Origin: Candidatus Eiseniibacteriota bacterium
Lineage (GTDB): Bacteria; Eisenbacteria; RBG-16-71-46; CAZAMP01
Reading direction: 5' to 3'
Assembly (NCBI GenBank): GCA_965224245.1
Contig: OZ245046.1
Location: 1,440,001-1,504,000, forward strand
DNA: 64,000 bases
Part shown: in pieces, positions 30,147-40,733 of the stretch
How the letters are laid out: the number at the start of each line of letters is the position of its first letter
How positions within the stretch are numbered: position 1 is the stretch's first letter
The notes under the pieces: model-generated
The model's database searches: none
What the model was told of the DNA's origin: nothing
What the model saw: only the letters and a program-made list of their open reading frames with translations
Position numbers and translations under genes: made by a program

Positions 30147-30890
30147 ATGTCCAGAGCGCAAACCGTGCGTTGGGCGATCTTCGGCGGGTGGGTCGTGGTC
30201 GCGGCCCTGTTTCCAGATTTCGTGGCGGCGCAGGACGAGATCCCGACGCCCGAGCAGATCGAGCACAAGTCCGGGCTCGTGACGCTGTTCGAGCAGGGAG
30301 GGCCGTTCATGTGGCCGCTGCTCCTGTGCTCCCTGATCGCGCTCGCGGTGACCCTGGAGCGGCTCTTCTCGTTCCAGCGCGCTCGCACCGACACGCGCAA
30401 GCTGATGGACGCCATTCTCAGCGACATTCACCAGAGCAACGTACCCGGTGCGCTCGAGGCGTGCAGCCGCACGCGTGGCCCGATCGCGGCGATCCTGGCC
30501 GCCGGCCTGATGAAGCACGAGCGCGGCAAGGAGGCGGTCAAGGAAGCGATCGAGTCGTCGGGCGCGATCGAGCTGTCGTTCCTGCAGCGGGGTCTGATCG
30601 TGCTCGCGTCCATCACGAACATCGCGCCGCTCGTCGGCTTCCTGGGCACGGTCTCGGGTATGATCAACGCGTTCGCGGCCATCGCGCAGGCCGAGCAGGT
30701 CAGCGCCAAGCTGGTGGCCAGTGGTATCCAGGAGGCGCTCATCACGACCGCCACCGGTCTGGCCATCGCCATCCCGGTGCAGATCGCCCACTCGTTCTTC
30801 GTCTCGCGCGTGGATCGCTACGTGATCGAGATGGAGGAGGCGGCGGTGGATCTGGTCGATGCGCTGACGGAGAAGGGGTTGACCCGGTAA
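30147..30890 (+). CDS. exbB: MotA/TolQ/ExbB proton channel
   Basis: GGPFMWPL, APLVGFLGTVSGMI, GIQEALITTATGL; RBS AAGGAG. Confidence 0.9.
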   Translation: MSRAQTVRWAIFGGWVVVAALFPDFVAAQDEIPTPEQIEHKSGLVTLFEQGGPFMWPLLLCSLIALAVTLERLFSFQRARTDTRKLMDAILSDIHQSNVPGALEACSRTRGPIAAILAAGLMKHERGKEAVKEAIESSGAIELSFLQRGLIVLASITNIAPLVGFLGTVSGMINAFAAIAQAEQVSAKLVASGIQEALITTATGLAIAIPVQIAHSFFVSRVDRYVIEMEEAAVDLVDALTEKGLTR

Positions 30891-30945
30891 TCATCGCGGC
30901 CGCGCGCCCTGCGCGCCGCCGGACGCCCCTTCGAGGAGTGCCGAC

Positions 30946-31344
30946 GTGAAGCTCAAGAAACACAAGATCGATGAGATCCCGCAGTCGTCGATGTCCGACA
31001 TCGCGTTCCTGCTTCTCGTCTTCTTCATCGCCACGACGATCTTCAACACCGAGCAGGGTCTGCCGATGACGCTGCCGGGCAAGACCTCGGTCGCCTCCAC
31101 CGTCAACCCCAAGAACGTGCTCAAGATCAGCTCCGACGCGTCGGGCAACGTGTTCATCGGCGACGATCCGATCGCCATTCACGAGCTGGCCCCGCAGATC
31201 GAGGAGCGGCTCGCCGAGAACGACAAGCTCATCGTGTCGATCGAGTCGCATCCGGAGTCCCGGTACGAGGTGATGGTCGAGGTTCTCGATCAGGTGAAGT
31301 TGGCCAAGGCGACCCGCGTCAGCCTGAAGATGCGGCTGATCTAG
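30946..31344 (+). CDS. exbD: ExbD/TolR family protein
   Basis: SMSDIAFLLLVFF TM with the conserved Asp. Confidence 0.88.
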   Translation: MKLKKHKIDEIPQSSMSDIAFLLLVFFIATTIFNTEQGLPMTLPGKTSVASTVNPKNVLKISSDASGNVFIGDDPIAIHELAPQIEERLAENDKLIVSIESHPESRYEVMVEVLDQVKLAKATRVSLKMRLI

Positions 31345-31357
31345 GCGGAGGCGACAC

Positions 31358-31777
31358 GTGTCGAAGTTCGAAACAGACGTCGCGGTCGAGAACAAGGTCC
31401 CGACCGGCTCCATGGCCGACATCGCGTTTCTGCTCCTGATCTTCTTCATGGCGACGACGATCTTCCGGATCGAGGAAGGGCTCGACGTCACCCTGCCGAG
31501 GGCCACGCAGGGCCAGAAGCTCCCGCGCCAGAACCTCGCGCACATCTGGATGGACGCCGTCGGTCGCATCACGATCGACGACGCGCTCGTGCAGATCCCG
31601 CAGATCGAAGTCATCATGCTCCAGAAGGCCGAGGAGAACGACCAGCTCATCGTGGCGTTCAATACCGACCGCAACGTCCCCTACGAGCAGATGCACCTGG
31701 TCATGGAGCAGCTGAAGGCGGCCAACGCGACGAACGTGGCCTTCAACCACGACAAGAAGGGCGGGGGAGGGTCGTAG
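31358..31777 (+). CDS. exbD: ExbD/TolR family protein (second copy)
   Basis: SMADIAFLLLIFFM; DRNVPY. Confidence 0.88.
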   Translation: MSKFETDVAVENKVPTGSMADIAFLLLIFFMATTIFRIEEGLDVTLPRATQGQKLPRQNLAHIWMDAVGRITIDDALVQIPQIEVIMLQKAEENDQLIVAFNTDRNVPYEQMHLVMEQLKAANATNVAFNHDKKGGGGS

Positions 31778-31779
31778 CG

Positions 31780-32397
31780 ATGTTCCGCGGCGAAGCCAAC
31801 AATCTCTTCAGCGCCAGGTATGGTCGTTACATGACCACGGCGCTGGTCGCGGCGGCGCTCGTGCACACGGGAGGCGCCCTATACGCGCCGCCCTACGCGC
31901 CGGCGCCGTACCAGCTGCGCGAGCGCAAGGAGACCGTCGTCGACATCGCGCAGGAGTTCGAGATCCCCAAGCCACCCGACGAGATCCAGCGCCCGCAGAT
32001 TCCGACCGAGATCGAGGAATCCGAGGAAGCCAGCGAGGAAGAGACCATTGCTCCCACCGAGTTCGACGTGGAGGATCCCCCCGATCTCTTCGACGACGAC
32101 GAGGGCTACGACTCCTTCTTCGCCTACGACACGGCGCCCGAGGTCGTGCGGTCGGTTCCGCCCGAGTATCCCGAGCTTGCGCGCCGCGCCGAGGCCGAGG
32201 GCAAGGTGTGGATCCGGGTCACGATCAGCGAGACCGGCCGCGTGACGAAGGCCACCGTCGAGCGCTCGGAGGTGATTCCGAGCCTCGAGAAGGCGGCGGT
32301 CGACGCCGCGATGCAGTGGCTCTTCCGTCCGGCCAAGCAGCGCGACAGGCCCGTCAAGGTGCAGATCGTGATCCCGTTCACGTTCTCGCTCAACTAG
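31780..32397 (+). CDS. tonB: TonB family energy transducer
   Basis: TM with His, acidic/Pro linker, PEYPELARRAEAEGKV, WLFRPA TonB_C domain. Confidence 0.88.
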   Translation: MFRGEANNLFSARYGRYMTTALVAAALVHTGGALYAPPYAPAPYQLRERKETVVDIAQEFEIPKPPDEIQRPQIPTEIEESEEASEEETIAPTEFDVEDPPDLFDDDEGYDSFFAYDTAPEVVRSVPPEYPELARRAEAEGKVWIRVTISETGRVTKATVERSEVIPSLEKAAVDAAMQWLFRPAKQRDRPVKVQIVIPFTFSLN

Positions 32398-32465
32398 CGT
32401 CGCACCAGCACGCGACCACGAGCACGGCGTCGACCGGGCCGATCCGGATGCCGTTCGACCGACTC

Positions 32466-32492
32466 ACGGGGCGCCCACCGCGGGCGCCCCGT
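32466..32492 (+). terminator. GC-rich hairpin, probable terminator after tonB
   Basis: ACGGGGCGCCC-accgc-GGGCGCCCCGT perfect 11-bp stem; weak U-tract. Confidence 0.5.
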
Positions 32493-32515
32493 TCGATTCC
32501 GTCCGTGCCCGAAAC

Positions 32516-32541
32516 TGAAACCCGATCCCGCGTCCGGCGTA
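32516..32541 (+). promoter_or_regulatory. ECF sigma-type promoter upstream of the TolC gene
   Basis: TGAAAC-N16-CGTA. Confidence 0.45.
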
Positions 32542-32715
32542 CCTCGGCGAGTCCGGCACTCGGCTCTTGCCGAGACCGATCGGTGCCCCCAAGCTGTATC
32601 GACTCGACGCGCGGACGACGCGCACCCACGCCACTCGCCCGCCGAGGCGATCGGACTCGTGTGGTCGTCAACGACGACGGCCGCCGCGTGGCGTGTCTCG
32701 ATGAAAGGAGCTGTC

Positions 32716-34089
32716 ATGACCCACGGGGTCACTTCGCGTCCGGCCGGGCGCGCCCACGGACGCTTGGGGCTTCCAATCGTGCTCACCGTCTCGCTCGCCG
32801 CCACGGCGCTGGCCCAGTCCGAGTCCCCGAGCTCGGAGCTGTCGCTGGCGGACTGTCTCCAGCTCGCGTTCAGCCAGAGCTCGGAGTACCGCGAGGCCGT
32901 CGCCAACGCCGAGCTCTCGCGCGGTGGGGCCGTCAGCGCCTGGAGCAACGTGCTGCCGAACGTCTCGGCGAGCGCGTCCAAGACCCAGCGATCGAGCGGC
33001 GGCGAGCGGGTCACCGTCTCCGGCGTCGAGCAGTCCGCGACGTTCACCCAGTGGGGCATGTCCGGCTCGGTCCGGCAGAACCTGGTCGATCTCGAGAGCT
33101 ACTACCGCTTCCGTTCCAGCCGGCGCGACTGGACGGCCGCCCGGCACGGGCTCGAGGCGCGACGCCAGGACATCGCGCTGGACGTGGCGGGACGCTTCTT
33201 CGACGTCGTCACGGCGATGCGCACGGCCGATCTCCGGCGTGAGTCGCTCGGCCTCTCCGAGGATCAGCTCCGGCGCACCCAGGCACTCTACGACCTGGGC
33301 GCGGTGGCCAAGGCCGACGTGCTCGAGTCGCGCGTCAGCGTGAGCCGCGACAAGCGCGACCTCATCTCGGCGGAGAACGGGCTCGTCATCTCCAAAGGGC
33401 TCCTGAACCTCGCCATCGGGCGCGCGGCGGACTCCCCGCTGGAGATCGACTATCAGCCGTCGAACGTGCCCGAGACGCTGCCCAGCGTGGACGAGGCCCT
33501 GGCCACCGCCCGCGACGCGCGGCCGGACCTGCTCGAGACGCGCGCAGCCCTGGAGGCCGCCTCCCTGGAGAAGAAGTCCGCCTGGTGGGCCAACATGCCC
33601 TCTCTGACGGGCTCGCTCTCGTACGACAAGGACCTGCCGACCTTCGAGGACACCTTCGACTTCGGCGAGCTGAAGGGAGAGGGGAGTCGCTGGGGCTACA
33701 CGCTCTTCCTGAGTGTCCCGATCTTCGACGGTCTGGTCACGAAAGGGCAGAAGATCCGCGCCGCGGGCTCGCAGGTGGCCGCCGCCGAGGCGCTCGAGCG
33801 CACCGAGCGAACGGTGCTGTTCGAGGTCCGCCAGGCGCTCCTCGACATCGAGGCCGCCCGGGCCAGCCTCGAGGTCTCGGTGGAGGAGATCGCCTCCGCC
33901 GAGGAGAATCTGCGACTCCGCGAGGCGATGTACGATCAGGGCGCGGCCACGATCCTCGAGCTGATCCAGGCGCGGGTCGACCTCACCACGGCCCGGGCCG
34001 ATCAGATCGCCAACGAGACGGCGTTCGACCTGGCGTGGTACTCGTTCCGCAAGGCGATCGGTGATCCCCTGATGGGCGGCTCCGAGTAG
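32716..34089 (+). CDS. TolC family outer-membrane efflux protein
   Basis: RBS AAAGGAG; signal peptide; [10 protein letters not shown]; duplicated OEP repeats ([14 protein letters not shown] / [14 protein letters not shown]); LSVPIFDG. Confidence 0.88.
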   Translation: MTHGVTSRPAGRAHGRLGLPIVLTVSLAATALAQSESPSSELSLADCLQLAFSQSSEYREAVANAELSRGGAVSAWSNVLPNVSASASKTQRSSGGERVTVSGVEQSATFTQWGMSGSVRQNLVDLESYYRFRSSRRDWTAARHGLEARRQDIALDVAGRFFDVVTAMRTADLRRESLGLSEDQLRRTQALYDLGAVAKADVLESRVSVSRDKRDLISAENGLVISKGLLNLAIGRAADSPLEIDYQPSNVPETLPSVDEALATARDARPDLLETRAALEAASLEKKSAWWANMPSLTGSLSYDKDLPTFEDTFDFGELKGEGSRWGYTLFLSVPIFDGLVTKGQKIRAAGSQVAAAEALERTERTVLFEVRQALLDIEAARASLEVSVEEIASAEENLRLREAMYDQGAATILELIQARVDLTTARADQIANETAFDLAWYSFRKAIGDPLMGGSE

Positions 34090-34120
34090 TGCCCACGGCG
34101 CGCGCCGCCGAGCCGGCGCC

Positions 34121-34843
34121 GTGATCGCGGCGCCGCCCGGACCCCGCGCGCCTGCCGGCACCGGCCCCGTCATCCGCCTGGAGAACGTACACCGCCACTA
34201 CGACATGGGGGGGGCGCTGGTGCGCGCCCTCGACGGCGTGAGCCTGACCATCGAGCGCGGCGCCTACGTGGCGGTCATGGGATCGTCGGGGTCGGGCAAG
34301 AGCACGCTGATGAACGTGCTCGGCTGCCTGGACACTCCCACCGGGGGCGAGTACTGGCTGAACGGCCGCCCGGTCGCCGCCGAAGACGACGACCGACTTG
34401 CGCACACGCGAAACCGGGAGATCGGCTTCGTCTTCCAGACGTTCCACCTGCTGCCGCGAACCTCGGCGCTCGCCAACGTGGCGCTCCCGCTGGTCTACGC
34501 GGGGCTGACCCCGGCCGAGCGGGACGCGCGGTCCCGGCGCGCGCTCGAGATCGTCGGCCTCGCCGATCGCATGGCCCACGCCCCCAGCGAGCTGTCGGGA
34601 GGGCAGCGCCAGCGGGTGGCGATCGCGCGAGCCATCGTGAACGACCCCGCGATCGTGCTGGCCGACGAGCCCACCGGCAACCTGGACTCGGTCACGAGCG
34701 CGGACATCCTGACGCTCCTGGGCGAGCTGCACGCGCGGGGCACCACGCTCGTGCTCGTCACGCACGAGGCGGACGTGGCCGCGCACGCCGAGCGGATCAT
34801 CCGGCTGGCCGACGGTCGGATCGTGTCGGACACGACCGCGTGA
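34121..34843 (+). CDS. MacB/LolD-type ABC ATP-binding protein
   Basis: [41 protein letters not shown]. Confidence 0.92.
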   Translation: MIAAPPGPRAPAGTGPVIRLENVHRHYDMGGALVRALDGVSLTIERGAYVAVMGSSGSGKSTLMNVLGCLDTPTGGEYWLNGRPVAAEDDDRLAHTRNREIGFVFQTFHLLPRTSALANVALPLVYAGLTPAERDARSRRALEIVGLADRMAHAPSELSGGQRQRVAIARAIVNDPAIVLADEPTGNLDSVTSADILTLLGELHARGTTLVLVTHEADVAAHAERIIRLADGRIVSDTTA

Positions 34844-34942
34844 CCGGCGGGCGCGCGCGTTGACCGGAGCACCGATTACGGAGGTGACGGCGGCCGGCGC
34901 CGACGATCGTCGAGCAGGCTGGGCACGCGGGGAGCGGTCCGA

Positions 34943-34972
34943 TTGACCCTCGCTCCTGGGGGGCCGTATACT
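34943..34972 (+). promoter_or_regulatory. Sigma70-like promoter of uvrA
   Basis: TTGACC-N18-TATACT. Confidence 0.55.
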
Positions 34973-35041
34973 CGTCCGACCGGCATCTCATCCGACAGCG
35001 CTTCGTTTCCACCATCCCCGGCGCGAGCGAACGAACCGATC

Positions 35042-37918
35042 ATGGACGAAATCACCATTCGAGGTGCGCGCGAGCACAACCTCCAGGACATCTCCGTGCG
35101 CATTCCGCGCAACCGTCTCACCGTCATCACCGGCGTCTCGGGCTCCGGAAAGTCGTCGCTGGCCTTCGACACGATCTACGCCGAGGGACAGCGGCGCTAC
35201 GTCGAGTCCCTCTCGGCGTACGCACGGCAGTTCCTGGGCCGCATGCAGAAGCCCGACGTGGACCGGATCACGGGCCTCAGTCCGGCCATCGCGATCGAAC
35301 AGCGTACGACGTCACGCAATCCGCGCTCGACGGTGGCCACCACCACCGAGATCTACGACTACCTCCGCGTGCTCTACGCGCGCGCCGGGCGCCAGCACTG
35401 TCATCGTTGCGGACATCGCATCGGGGGACAGACGGTGGTGCAGATGGTCGATCGCCTGCTCGAGCTTCCCGGCGGCACGCGCCTGACGATCCACGCGCCG
35501 ATCGTGCGCGGGCGCAAGGGCGAGTACCGGAAGGAGCTCGACGCGCTCCGGCGGCAGGGCTACGTCCGGGTGCGGATCGACGGCGACGTGCACGAGCTGG
35601 ACGAGGACATCGCGCTGGACAAGCGCAAGCGCCACACGATCGAGGCCGTCATCGATCGCATCAAGGTCGAGCCCCGCTCGCGCACGCGCCTTCACGAGTC
35701 CATGGAAGCGGCGCTCCACCTCGCCGACGGGCTGGCCAGCGTCGACGCGACCGGTGGCAAGGGCGGTCCGATCCGGACGCTGGAGTTCAGCGACAAGGCC
35801 GTGTGCACCAGCTGCGGCATCTCGTTCCCGCCGCTCGATCCGCGGAACTTCTCGTTCAACTCGCCCTACGGCGCGTGTCCCGATTGCGAGGGGCTGGGCA
35901 TGACGCGCACCGTGGATCCGGCCCTCGCCGTGAACGCGGACCTGAGCCTTCGCGAGGGCGCGCTCTCGGGGTGGAAGAACCTCGAGGGGTGGTCGGGCAA
36001 CGTGCTCCAGGCGGTGGCCGAGGCCTACGACATCGATCTGGACCGCCCATTCAAGAAGCTCACCAAGCGCGCGCGACGCGTGCTCCTGGAGGGCACCGGC
36101 GAGAAGGAAGTCTCGGTCAAGATCACCCGGAAGAAGGGCAAGATCGAGTGGCGTACGCGGTTTCCCGGCGTGATCCCGGCGCTGATGAAGCGCTATCGCG
36201 AGACGTCGAGCGATCACGTGCGGGGGAAGATCGACGAGCTGATGACCGAGCAGCCGTGTCCGGCGTGCGAGGGGAGTCGCCTGCGTCCCGAGTCGGCCGC
36301 GGTGCGGGTCGGGGACCACCGCATCCACGAGATCGTGGCGCTCGACGTCGGACATGCCGTGGCCGTGGTGGACGGGCTCGAGCTGAGCGAGCGCGAGGCC
36401 GAGATCGCCGCACCGATCGTCAAGGAGATCCGCTCGCGCCTGTGCTTCCTCGCCGACGTGGGGCTCGACTACCTCACCCTGGATCGTGCGTCGGGCACCC
36501 TGTCGGGGGGCGAGGCGCAGCGCATCCGGCTGGCCACGCAGATCGGCTCGCAGCTGACGGGCGTCCTCTACGTGCTCGACGAGCCGTCGATCGGTCTCCA
36601 CCACCGCGACAACGCGAAGCTCCTGTCCACGCTCCAGCACCTCCGGGATCTCGGGAACACGGTCCTCGTGGTCGAGCACGACGAGGAGACGATGCGCGAA
36701 GCCGACTACGTGATCGACCTCGGTCCCGGCGCCGGGCGACACGGTGGCTGCGTGGTGGCCGCGGGCACGCCGGCCGAGGTCACGGCCACCGAGGCGAGCC
36801 TCACCGGACGGTATCTCGCCGGTCAGGATCAGATCCCGGTGCCGCCGGCGCGCCGCCCCGGCAGCGGCGAGGCGCTGGTCGTGCACGGGGCGTCGGCCAA
36901 CAACCTCCGCGATCTGGACGTGACGTTTCCGCTGGGGACCTTCACCTGCGTCACCGGCGTCTCGGGATCGGGGAAGAGCACGCTCGTGCGCCAGGTGCTC
37001 TACCACACGCTCGCGCGGCAGCTCCACCGGGCCAAGCTCACCCCGGGCGGCCACCGGCGGATCGCGGGGCTCGAGCACGTGGACAAGGTCATCGAGATCG
37101 ACCAGAGCCCGATCGGCCGGACGCCGCGCTCCAACCCGGCCACGTACACCGGTGCGTTCGGGCACGTTCGCGATCTCTTCGCGCAGCTCCCCGAGTCGCG
37201 CGTACGGGGCTACAAGCCGGGGCGCTTCTCGTTCAACGTGACCGGGGGGCGCTGCGAGGCGTGCCTGGGCGACGGCGTGGTCAAGATCGAGATGCACTTC
37301 CTGCCCGACGTGTACGTGAAGTGCGATGCCTGCGGGGGCCGGCGCTATCATCGCGAGACGCTCGAGGTGACCTATCGCGGCAAGTCCATCGCCGACGTGC
37401 TCGACTTGACGGTGGAGGAGGCGCTGGAGTTCCTCGACGCGATCCCGGCGCTCAAGCGCAAGCTCGGTGTGCTGAACGACGTCGGGCTCGGCTACATCCA
37501 CCTGGGTCAGCCGGCCACGACGCTCTCGGGCGGTGAGGCGCAGCGCGTGAAGCTGGCCACCGAGCTCTCACGGGTGGCAACCGGGCGGACGGTCTACATC
37601 CTCGACGAGCCCACGACGGGACTCCACTTCCACGACATCCGGATCCTCCTGGACGTGCTCCAGTCGCTCGTGGATCGCGGCAACACGGTGATCGTCATCG
37701 AGCATCAGCTCGACGTCATCAAGTGCGCCGATCACGTGATCGACCTCGGACCGGACGGCGGGGAGCGCGGGGGCACGGTCGTGGCCGCGGGGACCCCCGA
37801 GCAGGTGGCCGGCGTCCGCGCGTCGTACACGGGACAGGCGCTGTCGGTGGCGCTGGGGATGCGGCGCCGAGCGGGCCGGAGGCGCGCCTCCGATCAGCTG
37901 GGATCGGCGGCCGGCTGA
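35042..37918 (+). CDS. uvrA: Excinuclease ABC subunit A
   Basis: [32 protein letters not shown], two LSGGEAQR signatures, Zn fingers. Confidence 0.98.
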   Translation: MDEITIRGAREHNLQDISVRIPRNRLTVITGVSGSGKSSLAFDTIYAEGQRRYVESLSAYARQFLGRMQKPDVDRITGLSPAIAIEQRTTSRNPRSTVATTTEIYDYLRVLYARAGRQHCHRCGHRIGGQTVVQMVDRLLELPGGTRLTIHAPIVRGRKGEYRKELDALRRQGYVRVRIDGDVHELDEDIALDKRKRHTIEAVIDRIKVEPRSRTRLHESMEAALHLADGLASVDATGGKGGPIRTLEFSDKAVCTSCGISFPPLDPRNFSFNSPYGACPDCEGLGMTRTVDPALAVNADLSLREGALSGWKNLEGWSGNVLQAVAEAYDIDLDRPFKKLTKRARRVLLEGTGEKEVSVKITRKKGKIEWRTRFPGVIPALMKRYRETSSDHVRGKIDELMTEQPCPACEGSRLRPESAAVRVGDHRIHEIVALDVGHAVAVVDGLELSEREAEIAAPIVKEIRSRLCFLADVGLDYLTLDRASGTLSGGEAQRIRLATQIGSQLTGVLYVLDEPSIGLHHRDNAKLLSTLQHLRDLGNTVLVVEHDEETMREADYVIDLGPGAGRHGGCVVAAGTPAEVTATEASLTGRYLAGQDQIPVPPARRPGSGEALVVHGASANNLRDLDVTFPLGTFTCVTGVSGSGKSTLVRQVLYHTLARQLHRAKLTPGGHRRIAGLEHVDKVIEIDQSPIGRTPRSNPATYTGAFGHVRDLFAQLPESRVRGYKPGRFSFNVTGGRCEACLGDGVVKIEMHFLPDVYVKCDACGGRRYHRETLEVTYRGKSIADVLDLTVEEALEFLDAIPALKRKLGVLNDVGLGYIHLGQPATTLSGGEAQRVKLATELSRVATGRTVYILDEPTTGLHFHDIRILLDVLQSLVDRGNTVIVIEHQLDVIKCADHVIDLGPDGGERGGTVVAAGTPEQVAGVRASYTGQALSVALGMRRRAGRRRASDQLGSAAG

Positions 37919-38165
37919 TCGCCGTGCCTCGACGTCCGGCGCGGGAAGTTCGTCCCACGAAACGGGTTCGGACCGCACCCACCGGTTCGCGCGACCTTGA
38001 CGGGCCTCCGGAAATGGGGGATCCTTCGCGTTCGCGTTTCGCACGCGCGCCGTCACGTAACTCTCTGAATCCGTGGAACATTGCGCGTACCCCCGCGGCG
38101 ACCCGGGCCCTCGCGGACCCCGGCCCGCGCCGAGTGCGCCCACCCGCGCGGGAGCGCCACCGGAC

Positions 38166-39287
38166 ATGTCCGCCGATCCCAACCCTCCGGGCGACACCGC
38201 ACGCCGGACGCCGGTTCACGACCGCTACGCCGACCACGGCGCGCGTCTGACGGAGTTCGCCGGCTGGACGATGCCCGTTCAGTTCGAGGGGGTCATGGCC
38301 GAGCACCGCGCCGTGCGGACGCGCGCCGGACTGTTCGACGTCAGCCACATGGCCCGGTTCGACGTGGGCGGACCCGGCGCCGAGGCGTTCCTCGATGGTC
38401 TCCTGACCAACGATCCGCGAAAGCTCGCCCCCGGGGCGCTCTTCTACACCGCGCTGTGCCAGGAGGACGGGGGCACGATCGACGATCTCGTCGTGTACCG
38501 TCTCGCCGATCGATTCCTCGTCGTGGCCAACGCCGCGAACCACGATGCGGTGTGGAGCTGGTTCACCCGGCACGCCGGCGACGGCGTCGTCCTGACCGAT
38601 CGGACCCATGCGATCGCGCAGCTCGCGCTCCAGGGGCCTCGAAGCCAGTCCGTCCTGGGCCGTGTGCTCGCCGCCGATCTCGACGCGATCGGCTACTACC
38701 AATGGGCCGAGGTCAGCTTCAAGGGGCGGCCGATGCTGATCTCCCGGAACGGCTACACCGGGGAGGACGGCTTCGAGCTGTACCCGGTGCGCGACGATGC
38801 GGGGGATCTGTGGCGGGCCCTGTTCGAGGCCGGTGGCGACGAGCTGTCACCGGTCGGTCTGGGCGCCCGCGATACGTTGCGCCTCGAGGTCGGCTTCGCG
38901 CTCTACGGCCACGAGCTCTCGCGCGAGACGACGCCGGTCGAGGGCGGCATCGGCTGGGTGGTGAAGACGAAGGAGCGCACCTTCGTCGGTCACGAGCGGC
39001 TGCGGGCGCAGAAGAAGAAGGACGGGCTCTCCCGGGGCCTCGTGGGCCTGGAGTTCGAGGGCCGGCTGATCGGCCGCCAGGGCGCGCGCGTGATGCGCGA
39101 CGGACGAGACGTCGGCGAGGTCACGAGCGGCACGTTCGGGCCCTCGGTGGAGAAAGGCATCGCGCTGGCGATCCTCGACACGGCGGCATCCGACGCCGGC
39201 ACCGCGGTCGAGGTGGACGTGCGGGGGCGCGCGGTCCGGGCGACGATCACGACGCTGCCGTTCTACACGGAGGGATCACATCGTTGA
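38166..39287 (+). CDS. gcvT: Glycine cleavage system aminomethyltransferase T
   Basis: FAGWTMP, GLFDVSHM, GYTGEDGFE, GLGARDTLRLE. Confidence 0.95.
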   Translation: MSADPNPPGDTARRTPVHDRYADHGARLTEFAGWTMPVQFEGVMAEHRAVRTRAGLFDVSHMARFDVGGPGAEAFLDGLLTNDPRKLAPGALFYTALCQEDGGTIDDLVVYRLADRFLVVANAANHDAVWSWFTRHAGDGVVLTDRTHAIAQLALQGPRSQSVLGRVLAADLDAIGYYQWAEVSFKGRPMLISRNGYTGEDGFELYPVRDDAGDLWRALFEAGGDELSPVGLGARDTLRLEVGFALYGHELSRETTPVEGGIGWVVKTKERTFVGHERLRAQKKKDGLSRGLVGLEFEGRLIGRQGARVMRDGRDVGEVTSGTFGPSVEKGIALAILDTAASDAGTAVEVDVRGRAVRATITTLPFYTEGSHR

Positions 39288-39395
39288 CACGCGACGTCGT
39301 CTCACGACCGTGGCCGCGGTCACACGGGGGCGAGGTCGCTCGATGATCTGTGGATGGGTCGGGCCCGGCGCGGCTGCCGACCGGAGGGGGTTCTC

Positions 39396-39779
39396 GTGAG
39401 CGAGATCCGTGACGATCTCCGATACACGTCCGAGCACGAGTGGGTTCGCCTCGACGGCGACGAGGCCGTCGTCGGGATCACGGACTACGCACAGGGCGAG
39501 CTCGGAGACATGGTCTACATCGAGCTTCCGGAGGTCGGAAGCACGATCACGTACATGGAGGCGTTCGGGACCGTCGAGGCGGTCAAGGCCGCCAGCGATC
39601 TGTACGCGCCCGTCACCGGCGAGGTCGTCGACGTGAACACGGCATTGGCCGAGGATCCGGCGCTCGTGAACTCGTCTCCGTACGAGGAGGGCTGGTTCGT
39701 GCGCGTCAGGATCACCGACAGCTCGAAGCTGGACGACCTGCTGGCGGCCGACGCCTACAAGGAATCCATCGGCGAGTGA
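39396..39779 (+). CDS. gcvH: Glycine cleavage system H protein
   Basis: YTSEHEW, GITDYAQGELGD, VEAVKAAS (lipoyl Lys), NSSPYEEGW. Confidence 0.95.
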   Translation: MSEIRDDLRYTSEHEWVRLDGDEAVVGITDYAQGELGDMVYIELPEVGSTITYMEAFGTVEAVKAASDLYAPVTGEVVDVNTALAEDPALVNSSPYEEGWFVRVRITDSSKLDDLLAADAYKESIGE

Positions 39780-40342
39780 CCGACCCGAACCACGATGCGA
39801 CGCGGGCGGCCATCTCGGACGGCCCGGCGGCCGGCCCGGACACGGCGGTCGAGTGGCAGGCGTGGCCGCTCCGCGAGCGACCGGTCGCCGGCGGGGTGGC
39901 GTTCGTCGTGATCGTGGGCTCGGGAGTCGCGGTGGTCGCGATCGGCGGTCACGTGCTCTTCGGATTGATCGCGGTGGCGGTGCTGTTCGGGTCGTTGAAC
40001 CCGTTCTTCTCGCCGACGCGGTTTCGCCTGGACGAGGACGGCGTTCGCGTCGAGCGGTGGCCGGTCACGAAGGTCCGCGCCTGGCACGAGATCCGTGCCT
40101 GCTACGTCGACGCCCGCGGCGCGACGCTGAGCCCGTTCGTGGGGCGGCCGTGGCTCGAGCCGTATCGCGCGATCCGGCTGCTGTTCGCCGGACACGACGC
40201 GGCCGGCGGTGGCACGGGCGGGTCTCGCGAGCAGGTGGTGGCGTTCATCGGGTCGCATTGGGAGGGAGAGATCACGCGTGTGGGAGTGGCTTCTGGGGCG
40301 GCGACCGAGCCCGGATCGGAGCCCCGGACACCCGCCGGTTGA
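39776..40342 (+). CDS. Two-TM protein with PH-like C-terminal domain, unknown function
   Basis: GTG overlaps the gcvH stop; WQAWPLRERP, two TMs, PFFSPTRFRLDEDGV...RAWHEI. Confidence 0.65.
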   Translation: MTDPNHDATRAAISDGPAAGPDTAVEWQAWPLRERPVAGGVAFVVIVGSGVAVVAIGGHVLFGLIAVAVLFGSLNPFFSPTRFRLDEDGVRVERWPVTKVRAWHEIRACYVDARGATLSPFVGRPWLEPYRAIRLLFAGHDAAGGGTGGSREQVVAFIGSHWEGEITRVGVASGAATEPGSEPRTPAG

Positions 40343-40733
40343 CGGCGAGTCCACGTCGTCGGGCTCGCCCGACGGCGCGTCGTCGGACGCGCTCGACGAG
40401 ACGACCGACGAGGAGCTCCTGGAGCGCGTGGCCCGGGCAATCGTACTGCGCCGGATGGGCATGCCGGCGATACTCTTTCTGGAGAGCTCGAAGCCGCTCA
40501 GCTTCATCGGTAGCCAGTTCATGGTGTTCATGGAGCCGTTCGTGAAGACGTTCTTCACGGTGCGGAGCTACGAGCGGTTCGCGGAGATGATGGAGGACCG
40601 TGACAACTACGAGCGCCTGATCACGAAGATCGAGGCGCACGAGGCGGCGCGCGTTCGCGAGGAGAAGGCCGGAAAGGCCGCGCGGACGGGCGGAGGCGGT
40701 TCACGGTCACGTGATGAAGAAGGCGGGACGTGA
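40278..40733 (+). CDS. Conserved hypothetical protein
   Basis: LLERVARAIVLRRMGMPAILFLESSKPLSFIGSQF; typical codon usage; stop overlaps the next start. Start uncertain (GTG after GGAGGGAG). Confidence 0.7.
   Translation: MWEWLLGRRPSPDRSPGHPPVDGESTSSGSPDGASSDALDETTDEELLERVARAIVLRRMGMPAILFLESSKPLSFIGSQFMVFMEPFVKTFFTVRSYERFAEMMEDRDNYERLITKIEAHEAARVREEKAGKAARTGGGGSRSRDEEGGT

Noticed and set aside
34844-35041. LexA/SOS box upstream of uvrA
   Set aside because: No E. coli-type or Cheo-type box recognised, and the lineage-specific motif is unknown.
37919-38165. Possible glycine riboswitch upstream of gcvT (AACTCTCTG)
   Set aside because: The conserved GGAGA...CCGAAG...CTCTCAGG core was not found; an Rfam search would be needed.
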